Assembly: GCF_964204645.1 (NCBI RefSeq)
Contig: NC_134027.1
Coordinates: forward strand, 11,378,485 to 11,442,484
Source: Tubulanus polymorphus
Lineage: Eukaryota; Animalia; Nemertea
Direction: 5' to 3'
Length of the DNA: 64,000 bases
Position numbers and translations under genes: made by a program. Each line of letters opens with the position of its first letter. Position 1 is the first letter of the stretch. A model generated the notes under the pieces. That model was not told the origin of the DNA. It saw nothing but the letters and a program-made list of their open reading frames with translations, and ran no database searches. This document shows positions 25,289 through 38,398 of this stretch, piece after piece.

Positions 25289-25926
25289 AGCCTAGTGTAC
25301 TGTTGGACTAGCGGCTGATCAGATCAGGAGAGTAGCCAGTGATCAATAGCCGCGATCACACGAGCATTTTTTGCCCAGAACAACCTGCACACGGGTGCCA
25401 AATGGGCCCGGGCCTGTTTGGACTGAGCCAAAACATCGGACCAGACCCGAGCCAAATTTTGGAAATGACCCAATTTGCTTTGTTTAGTATCGAATGAGTG
25501 GTTTACACTCTCTAATTAGGAACGGCCCAAATTTAGCTCGAGCCTGATCCCTTCCAATCTGGCCCGGGCCAAATCATCTCTGTGTGATCACGGCTATTGA
25601 AATCTTTTTTCGGAAAACCAGTCAGTTGCTGCAACCGTGTCGTCGGGATTCACACCGTTTCCATCGACTGACAGCAACTAGGATGCGATATCTGCATTTT
25701 TGTGCTTTGTCACAAGAACGTCGGCTGCGTCTTGTGTTGTCGTGGAACGCGCACATCTCGGGCGATATCAGTGGATCGGAGAATACAACCGGTCGCTAAA
25801 AAAGTAGAACATGAGCAACTGGGCAGAACTGCAGATTGTATCTTCGCAGTGGCACATCAACAGGTTTGAGCAACTGATCATATGACGAAAACTGTCTCCA
25901 GTTATTTCGTTGATGTACGCTAGGCT
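25289..25926 (+). mobile_element. MITE family C (Harbinger-like), interrupted by a family A MITE
   Basis: TAA|AGCCTAGTGTAC ... GATGTACGCTAGGCT|TGA; internal AAGTAGAACATGAGCAACTGG. Confidence 0.8.
25349..25594 (+). mobile_element. MITE family A, nested inside family C
   Basis: TA|GCCGCGATCACACGAGC ... TGTGTGATCACGGC|TA. Confidence 0.9.
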
Positions 25927-26007
25927 TGAAAGAGCTTCTTTTGTGGAAGAATAACCTTGGCAAAATCACATCAGATTTTAAAAACTCAACTGTGCGCGCG
26001 TTTATAT

Positions 26008-26318
26008 GCGGTGATCACATGGGCCAAAATTGACCCATGTCAAATTAGGCCCGGAACAACCGTTCACACGATGCCAAATGGGCCTGTGCCTGTTTTGCAA
26101 AATTTGGCATTACCAAAAATGTCGGACCAGGCCCGAGCGAAATTGAAGCACAGGTCATGAATCATTTTGTGAAATGCAACTGGTTCGGGAAGTGATTCAC
26201 TTTGCTTTGTTTAATTAAGCATTGTTTAGTATGGAGTGAGTTGTTTATGTTGTCTCCGATTAAGCACGGGCCTAACAATTTGACTCGGGCCTGTTCCATT
26301 CCACAGTGTGATCTTGGC
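26008..26318 (+). mobile_element. MITE family A
   Basis: GCGGTGATCACATG ... AGTGTGATCTTGGC with family A interior. Confidence 0.8.
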
Positions 26319-26635
26319 TACCAGCATGCTTTCTCCACCCCTACCATTATAGGGTCAACAATTCGCCATTACCGCGAGTTAATACGCCTCTTGATCAACA
26401 CGCAGATGCAGACTTCATATAATCATTGTCTAATTACATTAGCTTAGGGATGTTGCTTTGATAAACTGTTGACCTTTTTGCGATGATACCGATCGATGCG
26501 AGCACCTAAAGTTACATATGGTACAGTGATCATAAGCACTTCTTAATTATACACAGTTTACGAGTCCATATGGGACTGGCAAACGAAGTTTGTTTTGTGG
26601 TGATTTCGACCGGTTAATCACATTCCTACGAAGCC

Positions 26636-26659
26636 GTGTGTGTGTGTGTGTGTGTGTGT
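26636..26659. repeat. (GT)n microsatellite
   Basis: Direct reading. Confidence 0.95.
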
Positions 26660-27060
26660 CTGATCGTGAATGTCTCGATTTTATACAACCCTAATTTATC
26701 GAGGCGGATAATTTTGACCATCAACGGATATTTATCTCGATCGATTTTTCCCCCGTCGCTCGCACGGTGACCAAAGATCTCGAAAATCTCGATTCGTTTG
26801 ATAACAGCATTCAACATACTCAGATCTTATACCATATGATTTCATCTCTGCCCCCTTCGTTTCTGCCCACTGAGCGCCCCCTCCCATAATCGACCAGATT
26901 TATTTCGCCCTCTCCATTTTGATGGGAGAAAGGTCAGAGAAAAAACTTTGCGCAAGAAGTTCAGCCGCTTTTTTGTTCTAGTTCACTAACCTGACAATTT
27001 ACATGCCGGCCAAATCTCAGTCCACTAAGTGGTGCCACAAGTGTCATCACATGATCTTAA

Positions 27061-27287
27061 CCCTTTCAGTGGTGACTAATCAATACCCGTAAGTGCTGGA
27101 AAATCCCACCCTAAAGTGTTGAATAACGAGCATACAGCAATAGTTAGTTTTTACACCACAGTGCGGTGTATCATTAGTTACTAATATTCCACCATGTATC
27201 ACAGGTGCTGCCATCTATCAATAAAGATAAAAACTAATAACTTATCACATCAATACACCGCACTGTGGTGTAGACGCACTGAAAGGG
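27061..27287 (+). mobile_element. piggyBac-type MITE, both ends present
   Basis: TTAA|CCCTTTCAGTG ... CACTGAAAGGG|TTAT. Confidence 0.85.
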
Positions 27288-28548
27288 TTATAATGGTGGC
27301 ATGCATGGTCTCGCCTTTCATTGGCTATTGATCAGACGCTCGGCAAGCGCAAACTAGGCGATTGTGGACGATTCGTTGTCAGAAAATCTTTGGCAGCCGA
27401 ACACAGTCGCCATCGGCCGCACATCTGACGATTTCCAGCCAGTTTCGTCGATGTGACGAAATACCGGCAAGAAAACGTCAGATATACTGCGGGCTTAATC
27501 CCCGGAACGCACCAGTTCCCCCACTTAAGGGGAATGTCGTACTGATATAAAATAACTTGCGAAGAAATCCTGTGATTCATCAGATATCAAACTAGGTAAC
27601 CGTACTTGATTATATTTTACGTAAAATGTACGCCCCATTCATTAGACCGTGGGTGAATTGGATATACTACAGGTGAACGGGACCAGAATTAATCGTCATA
27701 AATGCAGCCATAATCGCGAATGCTTCTTGTGTATAATCTTTGTTCTACCCGGAGACTCCTTTGAACTCGAGAAATCTTTCCGAGTCGAATTATCGAAATA
27801 GAGCGTGAATTAACATTAACAATTCATATGGTAAGGGTACGCGCCGCCATACAACAATACCTTGTTTAATTATCACCTGACACTAACAAAAATAGCGATT
27901 GACTCGAGTTAGAAGGAGTCTCTATTGTAGCCGTTCTTCTTCCGCAGCTTCAAATTCAGTCGAACTTTACTAGTTTTTGTTAATCGATAAATATGTTATG
28001 TAACGGTTATGTTTATAAATTACACATATCAATTAGCATCAGATTTCGTAATAAATACCGTTCTGATGTACATTAGTTACATATATACGGCGTGTTCTCT
28101 TTGTATTTCTGCAGGATCTTCATTTCTCTAAGTTGGAATAAGAGCGATTGAAAGTGCGCCTGTTTCTTCGCGACTACACTGTAAGACACGGAATCAACGG
28201 AATCCGCCCTACGGCCCTTACTTTCCGATGCGCTAGTAGTAGCAAAGGGCTTTCAGGTTGATAACAAAAATTGTGGTAGGCCACGTAACGCTTTTAATTT
28301 GTACACACTGGACAAAAAAACGTACATTGGCCGCTGCATTATCACTGCCGTTTAGCAAATCATAACGATCTATGCCTGTCGACTAATAGCATCCGATTTG
28401 TTTAACCTCTGAGCTCGTACCTGTTAAGACTCTTTTCCTCTCGAGCCATGAATATCGATATCTATGTAATGCTTAACAAGCGAGGACACGATTATCCGCG
28501 ATCGCCAGCAACGACCGACTGTGCCGTGACCAGTGGACATGTCCTTAA

Positions 28549-28720
28549 AGGCTGGCTTATGTCGACAAGCAACGCGACGCCTACCGACTCCTACCGACGC
28601 AATTGAGAGCAACCGTAGGCCGGAGTAGAACATGGGCAACTAGCCGGATATGGCTTGCGACGAGTCGGTAGGGGTCGGGTTGCTAGTGGAACACCGTCGA
28701 TAAGACAATGGCATCCAGTG
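28549..28720. mobile_element. MITE family D, partial
   Basis: TAA|AGGCTGGCTTATGTCGACAAGCAACGCGACGCCTACCGAC matches the TIR of 37013-37608. Confidence 0.85.
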
Positions 28721-30282
28721 TTGTCCCATGCGCCCATTTCCAACCAGTTGCAACCAATCGTATCATATTGCAAGTCGACTTTCACCCGTCTTATGCTATA
28801 TACCAAATCATCAAAAACATCATCCACACAATTAGCCGATGTCAAGAGTATCAACATTTACTCCAAAATAGCTATCAGTAAATATTTTCAATTGATCAAT
28901 CTAAAGGTATTACATCGACAAAAAATACAAACACTTAAGCACAAAAACTAAATAGAATTTATAGTTGTGACTTTGTCATGGATTGAAGTAATGAGAAACT
29001 GCCAAGGCTACTGTGGCGAGTGAAGGACTCACCAGGTTTGCCACTAATTATGGATTCCTTCTTGGAACTCATAATTGCTCTGTAATTTTCTCAAATTCGA
29101 TGAACGGCGAATGAAGATTGTGAGAAGATTGTGATTTGCCATTTGGATATGAAGCCTGATATTCTAGATTAAAGTTAATCGTGAGAATGAACTAATTTTG
29201 ATAAAGCACATCGACATCACAGTGGCGCCATCTAGAGGGATAGCTGATGTGCTTAGTAAAGGTAGGGAGGTGGGAGTGATGCAGCGGCAAGCGTCATAGG
29301 TCACTCCCAGTTAGCATTCACATGGAATGATGTGACCTGTGCTAAAATTTGGCTCAGGCCCGTGTCGAACAGGCACCAGTGTGAATATTTTGCCGAGGCC
29401 TGATCTCGCACTGGTCAAAGAAACTTGATTTTATAATACGCTTGAACCAAAAGTCCGTTGAGATTTTTTCTGTCCGATTAATCGCGCATAAAATGATAAA
29501 CGATACCCTTGAAATACATCTAACGGGATGTAATAGTAATAGACGAACGCCTCGTGGATACGAACAACTACCAAATGTCCGCCGGGTGTAAAACGCTCAT
29601 TTGATTGAATTCGAGAGATGTTGAATTGTGTTTAAACTTCGCTCGATCAAAAGAGATCGCGATGAACTGCCTACAGTTTTTACGCTTGATTAGAAATTCG
29701 CCCCATCTGTCGAAAACAGTAGAAAAAGGTGTTCGCACCGACAGAGAGATAGATGCCTGTGCAGGGATTTTTCATTTCCAGGCTCTTGTCACGCGAAGCG
29801 CACCGTGAAAAATTCCCAGAATGTTCCGATTTTTTTCACGACTTCTCGAAAGAGAACCTGCCGGCTCCTCCGAACTCTTGACGACAACGCCGGCGAACGG
29901 GAGACGAAATGACAGATTAGATCTTTGAGTTGAAAAGGGTATGATTAAAGAACAGGCTGGAGCTGGTGTTCACCGGATGATTCAATACGCTCCTTCAATA
30001 CGGATTTCTTTAATGCCACGTCGAGATCAAAATACCTGATCATGTGTCTGCGAAATATAATCACTGGAGGCACCGGTTAGTCATGCACAGAAAATCTAAT
30101 GACCCGGTGATGTGGCGGCAAACCGGTTTTTCTAAATTTTCACCAGAGGTGCAGGTTTTGATCAGGTGTTTGAGTGGCATAGCTGGGAAAAACGACAAAT
30201 GTCATAATGATGGGCTTCCTGGAGTGCAAATGTGGCAATCAATGATTCCGATAGTGAGGATCGACCAAGGATACGCCCATAC

Positions 30283-30553
30283 CAAGTGGCGGTTCAGGGG
30301 TAGCGAACGAACCGCCCTTCGAAGTCAGTGTCATAACATTTGGGTCAAGATTTTGCGAAATTTGGGTACAATTTTCATGTTTTTTTTCCTCGGAAAATGA
30401 AAGGTAATCCACCCTCCAATGATTCGTCCAAGTACCCGGGGACTTCATATTTTAGATGTGCCCTTTTTCAACAGGTAAGTGCCCCTTTTCATGGTAAAAT
30501 GTGCCCTTTTTCTTGAAATAGAACTACCCCTCAAAAAGCTCGGAACGGGCCTG
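30283..30553 (+). mobile_element. hAT-like MITE
   Basis: Homolog of 7915-8209; ends GGAACGGGCCTG. Confidence 0.7.
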
Positions 30554-31285
30554 AAGACACTAGTAAGTGGGTTATCCAATCATCATCATCGCGTTCTTCT
30601 ATAGACACTTAAATTACCGTAAAATTTAGCCAATCTTATCTTGAATTAAACAAATAATGGAAAACTATACTCTTATGATAAACTATTGACCACGTAAAAC
30701 TGCCCCTGGTAAAACCGCATGTTATATGAAATAAACCATGCAAATTCAAATGACACATATGAAATAACAAAATAAAACCAAAATCTGATTTCAAAAACAG
30801 CTATCAAACCTATTGGCGAGAATTTGATATCAAAATTTACAATTCTAAAAAGCGTTTTTGGATTGATCTTGGTTTTTCAATTTCATACAACAAGACACAC
30901 ATAACAGTTTGATTCCCTCCCATTAAAGCATAGATTTCATAAGACTAAACAGGTGAAAATTCAATATGGTTGAAGACCTTGCCTTTTTCTGATTTATACA
31001 ACATCATGGTTAATGAGTAAAGAAAATGTTCTCCTAAATATTCTAGGGAGAAGATAAACTTTTTCTCTTAACGTTTGTGGATTGCCTATGCAGCACGAAC
31101 CACCATCTCCCTTCACACATTCCTACGAAAGTGCGAAGATCATACTTTTTGAAGTACGAAGATGAAATATCTAACATTCGCGGCGTTATTTCATTTTTTC
31201 GATCGGAAATGTCTCAGGTGAAGTACTGAACACACGCGAAGCTTGGGAAATCAAATATTGGAAGAATGGTGATAAAGTGCCGAAC

Positions 31286-31583
31286 GTCTGAGGAGATAGG
31301 TCCAGGCTATATGGTTTGATTACTGCGCAGATCTGTCTGTGGGGACAGGTCCAGGCTATATGGTTTGATTACTGTGCAGATCTGTCTGAGGGGACTGGTC
31401 CAGGCTAGACGATTAGATAACTACGCAGATCTGTCTGAAGGGATAGGTCCAGGCTATATGGTTAGATAACTGGTGCAGATCTGTCTGAGGGAATAGGTCC
31501 AGGCTATATGGTTAGATAACTGTGGAGATCTGTCAGAAGGGATAGGTCCAGGCTATATGATTATATAACTACGCAGATCCGTC
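31286..31583. repeat. Minisatellite, 6 units of ~49 bp
   Basis: Unit GTCTGAGGGGATAGGTCCAGGCTATATGGTTAGATAACTGTGCAGATCT. Confidence 0.95.
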
Positions 31584-31955
31584 ATTATATCATATACTGT
31601 CACACACTATTCCGTGATAATTGAAGCCCAATGGAATTGTGTTATGTTTATATAGTTACCATCCTTAATTACACATTTCGCTGGTAATAAGCATTGGATG
31701 CTTCAATGAAATCTTGATCTAACCATGTCGTGCGCCGTTTTAGGTGATCACGGTACGGTTTAACGATTATATCGAAAGCCGCTGCTGCTCAAGTGACCGC
31801 GTGTCACATGTTATGGCTATGAAAAACAGCTCCCCTGAAAAAAACCATCATGACAAACCAGATGACTCGATAATATGAGAAAGTTATTCGAGCGGCTTGG
31901 ATACAAATGCCATGAGATTTTGCGGAGCTGCAAATCTTTTCAGGGGCTATCAAAA

Positions 31956-32183
31956 GCCACAGTCGCGCAAAATTTTGCCAAATTAGGCCATTCGCATGGG
32001 TGACAAATGGCCGGTGTCCGAGCCAAATTTTGGCACGGGTCACATTATTGTGAGCGAATTCTAACTCAAACTGGTTCTGGAAGTGACGTGCCTTTCTTTT
32101 TTTCACAGCAATGGTTGGTATCTGAATAGGCCTAATTTGACTCGTGCCTGATCCAAGCCAAATCATCCCCGTGCGATTGCGGC
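31956..32183 (+). mobile_element. MITE family A, diverged
   Basis: Ends CCGTGCGATTGCGGC|TAA; family A interior. Confidence 0.75.
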
Positions 32184-32240
32184 TAATGAAAAAAAAAAGA
32201 AAACATTTTCAGGAAAATGTACAAATCTATCGGAGCGGAA

Positions 32241-32600
32241 GGATATAGAACCAAGAGCAATACCTCCCCATCTTTCAAATACTGAAATCAGGAATAGCTG
32301 GAAGATCAGAAGCTTGTGAAGCTGCTTAGGGATATAGAACCAAGAGCAATACCTCCCCATCTTTCAAATACTGAAATCCGAAATAGCTGGAAGATCAGAA
32401 GCTTGTGAAGCTGCTTAGGGATATAGAACCAAGAGCAATACCTCCCCATCTTTCAAATACTGAAATCAGGAATAGCTGGAAGATCAGAAGCTTGTGAAGC
32501 TTTAAGGATATAGAACCAAGAGCAATACCTCCCCATCTTTCAAATACTGAAATCAGAAATAGCTGGAAGATCAGAAGCTTGTGAAGCTGCTAAGGGATAT
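32241..32600. repeat. Minisatellite, 4 near-identical units of 87-89 bp
   Basis: Unit starts GGATATAGAACCAAGAGCAATACCTCCCCATCTTTCAAATACTG at 32241, 32330, 32419, 32506. Confidence 0.97.
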
Positions 32601-33424
32601 ACGCCCGGGAAATATATGGAAAGTGACTGATATGATATGAACAACTGTAGAATATATATAACACCACCTGTTTGTCGTAATACATCATTTTCCTTTTAAT
32701 TCCATTTTGTCAGATTTTTCCGATTAAATCTTATACAAGGTACATTCATTGAAAAGGTTGCTTATTCATTACACGGAAGGTGCAATCTCGTGATAATGTA
32801 AGGTATACACTGCACTAATGTGATGAAAGATAAACTGCACAAAATTTCTTTTTGGATCTTAATAGGACATACATTCATTTAGAAGATTGCCTATTCATTA
32901 CACAGATGGGGCAAGGCACTCTGCTTTTAGGGGGCGAAAGAAATACCATACCGAGGAGGGCTAGGACGTAAGTGAATGCATTATGAATTGGGTTTCTGGA
33001 GCATACAATACTTTGCTGTCAGTTGGTACAGTATATCTAGATGTATTAACACCTGTATTACTAAACAAACTTTTATCGAATAGAGAGCACACATTGCACA
33101 TAGTGTTATCAACAAGCTGTAATTCTGTATCGATAAAACTGGCATATGGGATATGCATGAAATATCAACCGAAAATGGTCTGGTATTACAGAGTAGTTGA
33201 AAATATGATGGTTTATGATTACTTAATGGTTTTTTAAACTTTAAAATAGGGAATGACCCTATTATTCGTTTGATTTTCTGAGTTGCTTCCCCTTACAAAC
33301 CCACCACATCTGCCACGAGCAAAACAGGGGGTAATCGAAGTTCAGATATAGTTGTGTGATTGGCGGTCGAGGTTACGGAATTTTTTGATTAAATCTAATG
33401 GTCTTATCGCATACTAAATGATGG

Positions 33425-33620
33425 GCGATGATTTGACCGGGTCACTTCCGGAACCAATAGCAATTCACAAGCAATAATTTGACCCGTGCTAAAATTTGGC
33501 TCGGTTCTGGTGCAACGTTTTTGGTCGAGCCAAACAGGCACAGGCCTATTTGGCACCCGTGTGAACAGCTCTTCCTGGCTTTATTTGGCACAGGCCAAAA
33601 ATGCTTGCATGATCGCGTCT
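33425..33620 (-). mobile_element. MITE family A, partial
   Basis: GTGCTAAAATTTGGCTCGG...TTTGGCACCCGTGTGAAC...CCAAAAATGCTTGCATGATCGCG. Confidence 0.8.
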
Positions 33621-34718
33621 CATATTAAAAAAAAAAATTTTTGCTTCAAGTAACAAGGAGAGCAAAAGATTAGTGTTCAGCAACGAAAATGTTAAACCCC
33701 GACTTTATAAGTAAGCCTGTAACTTGCTGAAGTAGAGTTGGAATATACTAGCCTATAGCCAGTCTTGTCTATGGGGAGGGGGGTTGGGGGATGGGTGAGA
33801 CTTTCATTAAAGTCGATTCAACACTCTGAGCAAAGTATTCTCGTGTAAATGTCTGGAAAAAGGCAGCAGATATAATATTGTAAGAGAGCTTTAACACTTT
33901 TTCAGGTTGAAAATGATAATGAGAAAACTGCTCAAGAGCGTGATTGGTGAACTCAGGAATTTTCACATCCTCACAAACAGCAATTTTCACATTTATCACC
34001 ACAAGATTTATCACATTTTTTCACATGATCTTTTCGGATTGTCACATTTTTTTCACATCAAGGCACAATAACATGAGCTGTTAGTTACTGATCACAATCG
34101 TGACGGATTACGGTAAAATTCCTTAAATTCAACACGGCTCGTGCATGAATTCTGAGCTCCACGGTATACGGCAAAAAAAGACATCAAAATATTTTGACTG
34201 ACACTTTTCTTTCAAGACACTTATCTGATTTTTCATAGACTCGAATTTTGCATATTTTTGAAAATCTTTTAAGCAGAATATCTTTTTCCACATAAGGTTC
34301 ACCCCCGATAATATTTCTTTTCCTCTTGGCATTGGAAAATTGCTAGAAAGCTTAAAAATCTATCCTCCTCGAAGTAAATCTTAAAGATTCTCAAAAGAAA
34401 TAGACCTACGTAAGTTCAAACGGCATCATAGATAGAGCAAATGCACAAATACAAGTCTCTCGAAGAGGAAAAATAAATAAATCTCTTTGATGTCAACTTC
34501 ACTATGAAGCTTTAGGGGCTTAAGGGAGTATATTTTTCAATCCGCAAACTGCTGGATGAGCCGCATCATCTTTTACCATTGTACTCGAAGATTGTTTATA
34601 AAAACCTAAGAACCAACCACGCAATTTCTCTTCATCTGCACGAGGAGCGTATATTCTAAACAGTTAAAAAACCCACATCACATGACAAGATTAGATAATG
34701 TTATGCGCATCTATGAGC

Positions 34719-35119
34719 TTTTTGACGCCGTAAAAACCGTTGCAATAATGTTTACAAACATAGATAGGGGTTCCGTTATGAGTCAATCTGCACTACTGTC
34801 AACAATATTGGCAATTCAAAATAACACTAATATTATTCAATAATTATACTATTTAATTTTACTAATTATGAATTTTGGCCTTTATTTTGTAATTCGATAT
34901 ATTTCATACCTCTAATTTTATTTTCGATAAATTCTAATGATTATATTTGAGAGGATGTGCCTCATTAATATATCGGGGCTAAACTGGTTGCCAGTCAATT
35001 CAAATCTCGATATATTCAAATCCTAAATAACTTAATTGATCTTTTTATGTAATGTGTTGTCGACAATACTAAGAAATGTGTTATTGTAAAAGGCGTCAAT
35101 AAACTTAGTTTTCTTGTTT
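34719..35119 (+). mobile_element. Family F, DINE-1/Helentron-like element
   Basis: TTTTTGACGCCGTAAAAACCG ... GGCGTCAATAAACTTAGTTTTCTTGTTT; subterminal inverted TTGACGCC/GGCGTCAA and CTTGTT end. Confidence 0.85.
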
Positions 35120-36468
35120 CAGTTACTGATATTCTAATAAATGAACCATGATTTTGTTCCAATAACTCTTATTCAAGGTCTGCAGAGGACAAAAATTCTG
35201 TAATACCATAACGATAAGATGCTCGACAAACATTATTTCCCGTTTTGATTGACTTAGAATGGCAGGTTGAAGCATTAATCAAACATAGACAAACTTGTAG
35301 CTAACCCGGTGCGTTATAGGACAGACAGAATAAACAGGTTTCAGAGCGCGACGACGAGGCCTTCGCCGCCGAAGCAGATCTAAAGGACAGCGAACGCAGC
35401 CAAAGTGATCGGACAAGCAATCAACCACTTTGCGCGGAACAAACATAAACAAATCGGCATCCAGTCGAACACCGGCGAATGAATGCCCGGTTTTTCATCG
35501 AGAGAGCGATAAAGAAAAACTAACAACGCCAAGTTTACGTGAGCTAACACCGGCGCGCCGGAGTGCCCTGTCAACAGCGATCGCACCGAGCGCGCGTGCA
35601 CAGGAAAAACAAATCTTATCACAAACAAACCATCTATTTTCGTCGCTGCGGAATCGCTGCAAAAGCATCTCGACCGACGGCCGATCTAGAGCTGAGAATC
35701 GTATCCGAATACTTCCGATGATGCAAACATAAATCGCGAATAGTTCCGTCAATATTTGCGTTTCGAATATTGACAAGCAATCGAGCGTTTTACCGTTGAG
35801 TCGATAAAAGGGGAAAGTTATAAAAAAAGACTACCTTGAAAATGAAGAGCGCAAATATAAGCGGTCGGTCACCGGATAACGGATGTACGTTCGGTTTCCA
35901 GTTCCGACGTCAGTACGCGATGTCTTTGAAGCTCGGAAGACCGACGAGATTCCCAGACGACAAAAAATACCGGCGACATTCCGAGAAAGCTCTCGAAAAT
36001 AGACGATCGATGAATTTTCCGGCCCGGGAGTGACATAAAACAACGTTATCGGAGACGCAAAGAACGCGGGCTGCGGCGTTATATTCGTTTCCGAAATAGA
36101 GAAGAAAAATCGTCTTTTAAAAAGTGCGATATATGCGGTTAAACCGACCTGTTCGAACGTTTTTTTTGTTCCGACCGCTGTAAGCAGGTGCGGCGTGTAA
36201 GACATTTGATGACCGTTCAATAAAAGAAAGGAAACATTGAATACCGTCCGCTAATCTAGGCGCGGTGATGAAAAAAACAAAACAAAAAAAACATCTCCAA
36301 TTCTAAACATTACCTCGGAGAAAAATGTCATGTTACCCACAAGTGGGATTAATACATAATTGCTTTACAACCGCGCATTGAGTCTGAAATCGACAGATCT
36401 TTTAGTTAATGTAGGAATTAATGAAGGCTTGAGAGCAGCGAAGGTGATCGAAGTAAGGAAGCTATATA

Positions 36469-36566
36469 GCCGGGATCACCCAAGCATTCACACGGTTGCC
36501 AAATTGACTCGGGCCTGATCCGTGCCTATTTGGCCCGGGCCAAATTGTCTCTTGTTTGATCGTGAC
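36469..36566 (+). mobile_element. MITE family A, 98-bp deletion derivative
   Basis: TA|GCCGGGATCACCCAAGCATT ... TTTGATCGTGAC|TTA. Confidence 0.8.
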
Positions 36567-37012
36567 TTATTTAGCCCCCTTATATATCAGCGTCATAAAC
36601 GAGCGAAGGGGGACTTTCAAGAATGATGATTCTACTAAACTTGTGTACATTTTCGAGAACTTCTTTAAACCTAAGAATTGTATCATAACCACGATTGCCC
36701 ATGACAAGTTACGAATTTCTTATTCGATAACATGATTTATAATTTACAATTCAAACCATGTGAAGCATGCTAGTTGACAACCATGGATCGTCAGCAGTGA
36801 CACACATACCGTGTATAGAACAATAAAGCTACAGCGAGTCACATTTACAGACTATCGGCAAGGTCACAAAGTCAACATTCTAAGAATCCGCTCATCTTTC
36901 TTCTGCGATTCAAATCAATTGTTACAAGTGTTCTTTCTGATTAATGTCAAATTTTCCCGACGTTTATCATCTAGCTTTTATCTACACCTTGTGTTCACTC
37001 TTACAAAACTAA

Positions 37013-37608
37013 AGGCTGGCTTATGTCAACGCGACGCCTACCGACGCAACTGGGTTTATCGCCGATTAGCTGCCTACGAGAGGCCGCAGTTGCTGCTCTA
37101 TCGGTTCGACATAAGCCGGTTTGCGACGGCAACCTGACGCCTACCGACTCGTCGCAAGCCGTATCCGGCTAGTTGCCCATGTTCTACTCCGGCCTACGGT
37201 AGGCGGACAGTTGCTTTCGATCGCAACCGACATAAGCTCATCTGCGACGCGACGGAAATGAGCAAGGGTTCCAGCCAATAAGAGACCACATATACATAGT
37301 ACAAATTATGACCGCTAGTTAGCGTCATTCGTAATTAGTCATAAACTTTCAAATTCAAGTATTTCGAAAGGTAAACCAAACCTTCAGCATGGCAGATGAC
37401 TGAACCGAAGATCTAGAAGTGAAATTGGTAGAATTATGGTGTGAGCGGCCATCTTTATATAATGTCGCTATCACATTGCATTCAAAACAGAATCAGAAAG
37501 ATAAGAGCAGCAACTGGCGGCCTCTCGTAGGCCACTAGTTGCCGCTTATCAGCGACAAACCCAGTTGCGTCGGTAGGCGTCGCGTTGCTTGTCAACATAA
37601 GCCAGCCT
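37013..37608. mobile_element. MITE family D (Harbinger-like), full length
   Basis: TAA|AGGCTGGCTTATGTC...ACATAAGCCAGCCT|TAA; imperfect TIRs of roughly 85 bp; 3-bp TAA duplication. Confidence 0.9.
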
Positions 37609-37665
37609 TAACGGATATATCATATCATGCGTATATTCTAATTCTAATGACCTACCATGACATAA

Positions 37666-37972
37666 GCCGCAATCACACGGACACAATTTGGCCCGGATCA
37701 GGCTTGGGCCAAATTTGGCCCGTGCCTAATTAGAGAGCGCGTTCACACGCAAATCATTCACTCAATACTAAACAATGATCAAACAAAGCGAAGTGGATCA
37801 TTTCCGGTGCCAGTTGAAATACAAACGCAATCATTTGTCTGGTGCTAAAATTTGGCTCGGGCCTGGTCCGTTTTTGGTCGGGCCAAATTTGGTCTGGGCC
37901 AAACAGGCTCGGGCCCAATTGGCACCCGTGTGAACAGTTGTTCCAGGCCAAAAGTGCTCGTGTGATCGAGGC
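37666..37972 (-). mobile_element. MITE family A, near full length
   Basis: TAA|GCCGCAATCACACGG ... GCTCGTGTGATCGAGGC|TAT. Confidence 0.9.
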
Positions 37973-38398
37973 TATAGCAAGACTGGGCTTTATGAATCTT
38001 CGATAGATATACATATCAATAATTCATTTGCAACGTTGATAAGGATCGGCGAATACATCAATCCCTGAAAACCCCCAATTTAGCCGAGTAACTCCGCGTG
38101 TATATTCATCATTGATGACACGAAGGAAAAGCGGATAACAAAACGAAAGCAAATCCTCTCTTCCTATTTTTCCATTCGTTTGAATACGGAAAGCTATCGC
38201 AAATATGATATCTAATACTCAGGGGCGGGTTAGTAGTCCAATAATATTTCGTAGATAAAAGAATTGATCCTGAAAATACACAGCAATATTTATCCGCCAT
38301 CATCTTGGCATGTATTTCATTAATCTTTTAAAATGTCGAGAAACTTTTCGTCAGTAATTGTTACATAACCACTTCCCCGGAGTCGATCGAACTGATAA

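Noticed and set aside
30460-30482. + strand CAG|GTAAGT as a second recursive splice site
   Set aside because: Short pyrimidine tract inside a MITE; the sister copy near 8125 lacks it.
31286-31583. CRISPR-like appearance of this and the 10545 and 32241 arrays
   Set aside because: Units are contiguous with no unique spacers, there are no cas genes, and the context is eukaryotic.
34130-34665. L1/Tx1 endonuclease relic on the minus strand (RIYAP, PRG...WK)
   Set aside because: Only two short motifs; catalytic GDFN/SDH motifs not found.
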